Shown one piece after another: positions 38,098-45,964 of a stretch of DNA of 45,964 bases. Origin of the DNA: Nemertoderma westbladi (taxonomy: Eukaryota > Animalia > Xenacoelomorpha); contig JAUCBJ010004384.1 in NCBI GenBank assembly GCA_032718475.1, positions 1-45,964 on the forward strand, written 5' to 3'. The notes below the pieces were generated by a model. It worked only from the letters and a program-made list of their open reading frames with translations, was not told the DNA's origin and ran no database searches. Positions within the stretch are counted from its first letter, which is position 1; each line of letters opens with the position of its first letter. Both the position numbers and the translations under genes were made by a program.

Positions 38098-39690
38098 GAT
38101 ATCTCCTTTGCAGAAGTGAAGGCTGCTGCAAAGAGCATTAAGACCAATCGTGCCAGTGGAGTAGATGGTGTTCCCCCTGAGGTCTTTAAAATACCTGAGG
38201 TTTTAAAGCTCATCTATCCCATCATAGTAGACATGTACCGTACAACAAGAGTCCCACAAGAAATGAAAACAAATAAGTTGGTGCCAGATGCCAGTTCCCA
38301 AGAAGGGCAACCTATGGTTCTTTTCGGGGAATCTCATTGATCTCGATTGCTGCAAAGCTATACAATAGAATTCTATTAAATCGCATCAGGGATCCCATTG
38401 AGAGACTGCTCCGTGGAAATCAGAATGGGTTCCGTAAAGGTCGTGGGACCGACCATGGAGCCCATTTTGGCACTTAGAAGGATAATTGAAGAGTTATCAA
38501 AAAAGAAAGACAGGCATCTGGCTGTTATCTTTATTGACTTCTTCAAGGCCTTTGATTCAGTCTCTCGCTCACGTATGTTCAGCATACTTTCATTATATGG
38601 GATTCCTGATGAAATTATTGCAGCAATCAGATCAGTATACGATGGTTCGACAACATTTGTGTCTACTGTTGACGGTGACACAGAACCATTTGAAGTGTTA
38701 TGGGGCGTCCTCCAGGGAGACACACTTGCACCATTTTTGTTCATAATTGTTGTTGACTATGTTCTACGCATGTCCTTAGATCATCATAATGATGATGGGG
38801 TGATGATAACTCCACCTACTGGCTCCAGAAGTCGAGGAAATCCTGCCAAGTACCTAACTGATCTAGACTTTGCTGATGACTTGGAGTACTCTCAGAATCA
38901 CTAGAGGGAGCCCAACGGCTCTTCAGCTCATTAGAACATGCTGCTTCTAGTGTTGGTCTTTTTATTAACTCGGCAGAAAGACCAAAATTTTGACAGTTAA
39001 CTTTGAAAGTCCTCAGCAAGTCTCTGATCGGATGAGCATAAGCTCAAAAGATGGTATGCTGAGCATGTGGATGACTTCTGCTACCTGGGATCATGGATCC
39101 GGAAGTCAGGTGAGGACCTTCGAATACGTAAGGGAAAGGCATGGGCAGCCTTGAATAGGCTTTCCAGGATTTGGAAGTCACCGAGAATTAATCGGAAACT
39201 TAAGGTCCGATTATTTAGAGCAGCAGTAGTTCCAGTACTCCTCTATGGGAGTCCATGCTGGGCTCTAACTGCTGAGGACACCAAATCTCTGGATGGCACA
39301 TTCACAAGAATGCTACGCCGGGTTCATTGTGTCAAGTACAATGCACACATCTCCAACCAGACACTATATAACATTGGAGGTGTCTCATTGGTTCCCCCAA
39401 GCTTGACACTAGAACAAAAGCGCCTCTGCTTTGCAGGACATTGCTTTCGCCGTGAGGACCAGCCAGTGCATAATCTTGTACTTTGGCAGCCTCATGGAGT
39501 GAATAAGCATGGTGGACAGCCCATGACTTTCTTGAGACGCATCTTAAAGGACACTGGCCTTGAAGATGCGGATGATCTAGCAAATGTCATGGGTGATAGG
39601 GAGTTGTGGCGGTGCAATTTTGTCGATAAGCCGGCACAGCATTCTTAAAAATGCAGCTGCAATGCAGCATGCCGATCCTAGTAGTAGTAG
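38098..39690 (+). pseudogene. 5'-truncated non-LTR retrotransposon (RTE-like) reverse transcriptase, frameshifted
   Basis: ASGVDGVP, FIDFFKAFDSV, GVLQGDTLAPFLF, FADD, FCYLGS and C-terminal DRELWR, split across frames with internal stops. (TAG)n tail ~39679-39692. Confidence 0.9.
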
Positions 39691-39839
39691 TAGTCTGTGT
39701 ACCTGTACCGGTACTGTACGGCAGTACGGTACGTACCACTCGGTACCATTCACCATTACCACTTGCACTTGCAGACTTGCTATGTCTGTCTATCCTATCC
39801 AGTTTAAACTTGCATTTTCTATGGGCTGATAGGCCTATG

Positions 39840-40090
39840 GACACTAGTGTCAAATAGGGGAAGGGGACCCTCCTAATATGCTTCTGCTAACTGAAATCAC
39901 CTGCTAATCCTGATATTTAGCAGGTGATAACAATATTCCTAACTCTCGTTTATTATTTTGGTTCCTTTCAACTCGCCTCTGTAACCTGCTCCTTTACTAA
40001 CCGGGCACTAGTGACTTCAGTTTATGTGATTTCAGATTCAGGATTAGCAGGGTAGGACTGTAGGAGGGTTCCCTATTTGACACAAGTGCC
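39840..40090. mobile_element. MITE, 251 bp, 8-bp TSD GGCCTATG (Merlin-like)
   Basis: TIR GACACTAGTGTCAAATAGGG versus reverse complement GGCACTTGTGTCAAATAGGG. TSD at 39832-39839 and 40091-40098. Confidence 0.85.
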
Positions 40091-40815
40091 GGCCTATGTC
40101 TGTATGTCAGTACTGCAGTATGTATCTCTTTTTAGTTTTACTTACGGACTAAAGTTTGTCTGTCAATTGAAACTGTAAACAATTCAAATTACCGGTACTA
40201 CTGTACTACTGTTACTGCTGTACATGCGGTAATGCGGTAGTCTGGGTACTGCTATAGGCCAGTAGGCTGGCTGGCTTGTATTGGTTGGTTTGGCAGTTTG
40301 GTATCATAGTACACGTAGGCCTACAGTCAGGCAGTAGTATCGACAGATCGAGTACCGGTACCGTATGTCAGTATGTTATGTACTAAAAGTATTCTGTATA
40401 GCTGTATCTTACATATATACCATGTATATACCGGTATGTAGGCTAATGTCAGAATGTGTATGTTATGTATCGAGATTGCAATTTCATAGTACGGTACCGT
40501 TACCGTATAGAATAGGCCTGCATGTAACTGCATTGCATAGGCTAGTCTATGAAACTGCAATTGATTTGGTTATAATATTGAATATATTAACTTATTAATG
40601 CACACATATTTGACATTATATTTCCTGAAGTAAATTTGGACTGTTGGACATAAACTCAACAGCAACTCGTATAACGATCAATCAAAACAGGACTGTAAAA
40701 TTCATCCAAAGGTTACTAGTTGATCCTAGACAGCTAGATAGATAGTCTGATAGTACCGGTACTGGCTGACTGGTACTGATTTAATTAATCGTTCATCAAG
40801 CAATCTCTATTATAA

Positions 40816-40986
<171 letters not shown>

Positions 40987-41290
40987 TAAAAAATACCTAC
41001 AGACCTAGAGACCTTTGATTAATCACTGTGTTTCACTGTAAGATCACTGTCTGTAATAAAACACTGTGTTTGTGTACCATGCGTAAGGCGTAACACGGAT
41101 CTGAGCCTAAAGCACTCAGAGAGGTCTGCCGCAGAGCTGCACAGTCTCACTGATGCGGGGTCTACAGCCCGACTCCTTGTCCATACCCCATGTAGAATAG
41201 GTTACACCATGCCAACTATCATACATTTTAACTTCATTAGTAGCAACTATAATTATTTATTTATCGTTAACCAAAGGTGTATATCTATAA

Positions 41291-41605
<315 letters not shown>

Positions 41606-41767
41606 CTCTCGATGTCCTCTATACTCTTATACTCCTAACTATGTACGTACGCGCGTCTGTGTGTGTCGTGTGATCTTCACTTACTGTATATATATGTAGT
41701 TTGATTCAGAGTCGCCAATATTTTACACAACTGTAATTTTAAATTGCCGGTAATAACTATTTACATA

Positions 41768-41895
41768 TTTGTGTGTAAAGTGGCACTTTACATGTGATGA
41801 TCCGAGTGGCTTTGTTACACGAACGAACGTTAGTGAGTGAGTTAAAATAAAGCCACGAGGATCAGAACACTGTAAAGTACTTTGCAACAAGTTTG
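41768..41895. repeat. Imperfect palindromic element downstream of GABARAP
   Basis: ACTTTACA..TGATCCGAGTGGCTTT / AAAGCCACGAGGATCA..TGTAAAGT arms around ACGAACGAACGTTAGTGAGTGAGT. Confidence 0.65.
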
Positions 41896-42167
41896 TTTGT
41901 AGTTTTATTCCAAAATTTTAACATTACGTAATGATTGTACATATATTATAAGTGATAGAAACTGCACAAATTATATTAGTTGCTGTATAAATAAGTGTAA
42001 AAATGACATAAATTATGTTATAAATAAGTTAGCTTATATTTATGGTGGCGTTTGGAGCCATGTTATAATAATATAGCTAGGCCCTACTGGTTACTAATAG
42101 CTATACCCCGCCTACCGGTAGGTAATGCAGTAGGCCTATCTGGCTGTCAGGCAAATTTCCACCTATT

Positions 42168-42249
42168 TTTTACGGGGTATCCAATGACGGCGTTAAGTAA
42201 TGTCCCCTTAGTGGTCATTACTTGACGCCGTCATGGGTTACCACGTAAA
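42168..42249. repeat. ~80-bp hairpin
   Basis: ATGACGGCGTTAAGTAATG pairs with CATTACTTGACGCCGTCAT; the outer TTTACGGGGTA..TACCACGTAAA also pairs. Confidence 0.8.
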
Positions 42250-42473
42250 CAATAACACCAAATACAATACTAAATTTAGAGGCCAATACAATGCTGTAAT
42301 GTCCTCTAAAGTTGTAAAGTGGTAAATAACAACTCGCTGTTAATATTAAAAAGCGTTGAGTGTTACAATTTTGGAATAAAGTAATTAACCGCCTCATTGC
42401 TGTAGATTTGTAGTTTACCTACACGTAGATATAATACATTAGAGGTGCTTATTGATTGTTCGTTATCTATCTG

Positions 42474-42952
42474 TACGTACCGTAACGTACCGTACCGTAC
42501 CGTACCGTACCGTACCGTACCGTACCGTACCGTACCGTACCGTACCGTACCGTACCGTACCGTACTGTACCGTACCGTACCGTACCGTACCGTACCGTAC
42601 CTTACCGTACAGTACCGTACTGTACCGTGCCATACCACGTACCGTACCGTACAGTACCGTACCGTGCCGTACCACGTACCGTACCGTACCGTACCGTACC
42701 GTACCGTACCGTACCGTACCGTACCGTACCGTACCGTACCGTACCGTACCGTACCGTACCGTACCGTACCGTACCGTACCGTACCTTACCGTACAGTACC
42801 GTTCCGTACCGTACCGTACCGTACCGTACCGTACCGTACCGTACCGTACCGTACCGTACCGTACCGTACCGTACCGTACCGTACCGTACCGTACCTTACC
42901 TTACCTTACCGTACCGTACCGTACCGTACCGTACCGTACCGTACCGTACCGT
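42474..42952. repeat. (CCGTA)n pentanucleotide microsatellite
   Basis: Directly visible; the YRTVP ORFs are artefacts. Confidence 0.99.
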
Positions 42953-43476
42953 GAACTATACTGGGAGTACCTTCTTCTTTATTGTCCAGCTACCTATGAT
43001 TGTTATATATAATAATTAATTACCTTTTTGTATCTGTTATTTCCTTGGTATATATTTATTTTATCGCACGCACTGCTTTATTTCCTTGTAGAAGAAAACA
43101 ACATGATATCTCCCTACTCTTTACTCATTGCTACCCATACCCTAACGTTAGATGGTGGAGGAACTGCCCAATGTTATAATTCATTCAATTATGCGTGGGC
43201 GTGCGGTTTATTTATATAAATTTATTTATTATTTTATTTTGAAATGTATCCATAAACTTTTATATGGAAAAAGTCACCTATAGCCACATTGTTTTTGATA
43301 TGATATTTTATTGTTTGAATTGAAAAGCATCGAAGTTGAAAATGTAATTTGAAAAATTGGTCTGAAAGAATATAAAATCGAACTACCAGCGGTATGCCAG
43401 GGGTTTGTTTTTTTGATACTTCAGAGCAGTAACTGATTGAATACTGTATATAACTGTCCCTGTACTGTTCCTAAAC

Positions 43477-44141
43477 TGTATTTATCCCATGACGAGCGCA
43501 GCGAGGGATATTAACATGAATAAACGAGGCTTAAACGAAACTTAATTTATAATTATACCGGTATATATTCTATAATTACATAATATCGTAACATTATACC
43601 AGCTTATTATACGATACTATACGATCATTATCCATCCATTTCAGGCAATCCATTATAAATAATATATTAATTAAAATAATTAGCTATGAATTTCAACCCT
43701 CTAATGGTCCTCATCAGGCAACTAACAAGAGATTGCATATATAGATTAATATTACACAAGACATTTTACCAGATTTCATTTTTGTAGGAAAATTTCTTAT
43801 TGTTTTGATTAAATAAATCTCTACGAAATACGATAATTTATTATTTATAATCTATTTTATGATACAATACTGATACACTACTGATACAATACTGATACAC
43901 TACTGATACAATACTGATACACTACTGATACACTACTGATACACTACTGATACACTATTACTAAACGAAAATTTAATGTCGTATCGCGTCGTATCCTGTT
44001 CCTGCTGAAAAGTACCATTTAATAGCGTTGAACATTGTATATTTATATTGCAGCGTTGAAAGTTTTTGAACTATTCAGCGGCAAAGACCTCGTTTATTTA
44101 TGTAAACCACCCTCGCTGTTCTCGCTCGTTTCATAAATACA
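43477..44141. mobile_element. Inverted-repeat-bounded non-autonomous element containing an 11-bp (GATACACTACT)n array at 43861-43955
   Basis: TGTATTTAT..CAGCGAGGG..ACATGAATAAACGAGG at the left end and its reverse-complement counterpart at ~44085-44141. Confidence 0.6.
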
Positions 44142-44954
44142 CTCGAGTAAAAGCACTGAACAGTACTATTTTTCACAAAAATGTAATTAAATAGTTGTAA
44201 TATTAAATGTTTAATAACATCTAAGTGGGTCTGACATCCATGACATTATAAAATTGTTAAACAGAGAAAATGTAGAAAATAAAAAATGGTTAAACAGAAA
44301 AATGTATGTTGGATCGGTCGGCTCTGTATTTTCTCTAGATATCCTACCCTCTCACCCATACATTGCTACGTTATAACACTTATAATCCGCTTATGCATTT
44401 TATTTGGGTAGGTGTAAAACGCGGATCCGGATTCCAAAACTATAAATTCAGAGAAAGGAGCAGGTTACAGTGGCACGTTAAACAATAAACTAAAGTCAAA
44501 AGAACAGGTTATAGTTTTATTTTGGGGAACTCAATATGATCTATAGGTGGTACTTGTCGCATTAGTCTATTCTCTCAGTTATTAATAAATTTTTAACGTT
44601 CCTGCATAAGTTCTACTTTGCAGCGTTACGATAATTTACCAGAAAGCGCTGTTTATCGTTTATACCCAACCCAAATTTTATTTCCTGTAAAGTTTAACAA
44701 ATTATATGATTATATTTGGTAAGTTATATTTAACTGTATTTAGTGTAGTATAATATTAATTATAACATTAATTTTGTGCAAAATGTTACGTATTATTTAC
44801 GCAATAAAAATCGAAGTAATTGAATACCATTTCTACCATAATTCCGGTTTTAATAGTCCATTCTGCTATACGGGTCCTCCCATTGATGATGTCACTCTTT
44901 TGTGTGATTCTTAATCACAGGTTGTCACAAAATTCCTACCTAGCCCCCACTCCC

Positions 44955-45610
44955 CTAGAGCGCACTGGCTGGTCCTCACGGCGAAAGCAATGTCCTACAA
45001 AGTGGACGCGGCTCCGTTCAGGAGAGATTAATGAAACACCTCCAATGTTGTATAGAGTCTGATTGGAGTTGTGTTCATTGTAGTTGACACAATGAACCCG
45101 ATGTAACATTCTTGTGAAAGTGCCATCCAGAGATTTGGTGTCCTCATCAGTTAGAGACCATCATGGACTTACATATAAGAGTACTGGTTCTACTGCTGCC
45201 CTACATAATCGAACCTTGAAATTCAGTTTCATTCTATGGGAGTTCCAAATCCTGGACAGACTATTCAATGCTGCCCATTCCTTTCCCTTGCGTTTTCGAA
45301 GGTCCTCATCTGACTTCCGGTGTTCCAGATCCATAATCCACATACTGAATCATAATATCCTTTGAGATCAGAGGATTTACTGGTCAGAGACTTGCTGAGG
45401 ACTTTCAAAGTTAATTGTCAAAATTTTGGTCTTCTTCGAGTTAAAAAATAGATCACAACTAGAAGCAGCCTGTTCTAATGAGCTGAGGAGCAGTTGGGCT
45501 CCCTCTAGTGATTCTGAGAGTACTCCTAAGTCATCAGCAAAGTCTAGATCAGTTAGTGTACTTGGTAGGATTTCCTCGACTTCTGGAGCCAGTAGGTCGA
45601 GTTACCATCA
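44955..45610 (-). mobile_element. Degraded inverted copy of the same RTE-like LINE
   Basis: Reverse complement matches 38810-39470 (PTGSRSRGNP, EDLRKRKGKEWAALN, KVRL.RAAV.PVLLY). Confidence 0.9.
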
Positions 45611-45614
45611 CTAT

Positions 45615-45835
45615 AGTAGCCGTAGCTGCAAAATCAGTAGCTGTAACGCGACAGTAGCCGTAACGAGAAATTAGCTGTAACGGGACAGTAGCCATAGGGA
45701 TAACGTACAGTAGCCGTAACGCGACAGTACCGGTAATGGGACAGTATCCGAAACGCAACAGTATCGATAATGGTACAATAGCTGTAACTATGGACACTGG
45801 ACAGTAGCGGTAACATGAGAGTAGCCGTAACAATC
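45615..45835. repeat. Degenerate ACAGTAGCCGTAAC-type tandem repeats
   Basis: About 10 diverged copies are visible. Confidence 0.75.
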
Positions 45836-45964
45836 TATCAGATCACACACCAGTAATGACCACCTTCTCGATCACTAAAACGGACAATGCAACTACAGGT
45901 CATATTTGGAAGAAACAAGTAGCGAAGAAAGTACACCTTTTTGATACAGCCTCAACTTCGCAAA

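Noticed and set aside
42363-43019. YRTVP / YGTVR ORFs
   Set aside because: Translation of the (CCGTA)n microsatellite.
44404-44675. Possible further MITE with the GAGCAGGTTACAG motif
   Set aside because: The inverted ends are weak and no exact TSD could be placed.

Overview
Eukaryotic (invertebrate-animal-like) genomic DNA: an AT-rich, repeat-dense background with four intron-poor host genes. These are MDH2 (single exon, -), UBE3B (two exons, -), CEP19 (single exon, -) and GABARAP/ATG8 (two exons, +). The first ~10.9 kb is a 27-bp tandem array that is stop-free in one frame on each strand. Mobile DNA includes a complete 5.1-kb hAT-type (probably hATm) transposon with an intact transposase and 8-bp TSD, a decayed MULE transposase, degraded RTE-like LINE copies, tRNA-like SINEs and several MITEs. 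The most striking observation is the only UBE3B intron (17239-19444). It can only be removed in frame as a non-canonical GG..AG intron. It begins exactly at a terminal inverted repeat and ends 9 nt after the partner repeat, and it shares a 17-nt motif with an 8-bp-TSD MITE in this window. This fits an introner-like intron created by a Merlin/MULE-like DNA transposon, later inflated by a 41-bp minisatellite. All calls were made by eye; no searches were run.
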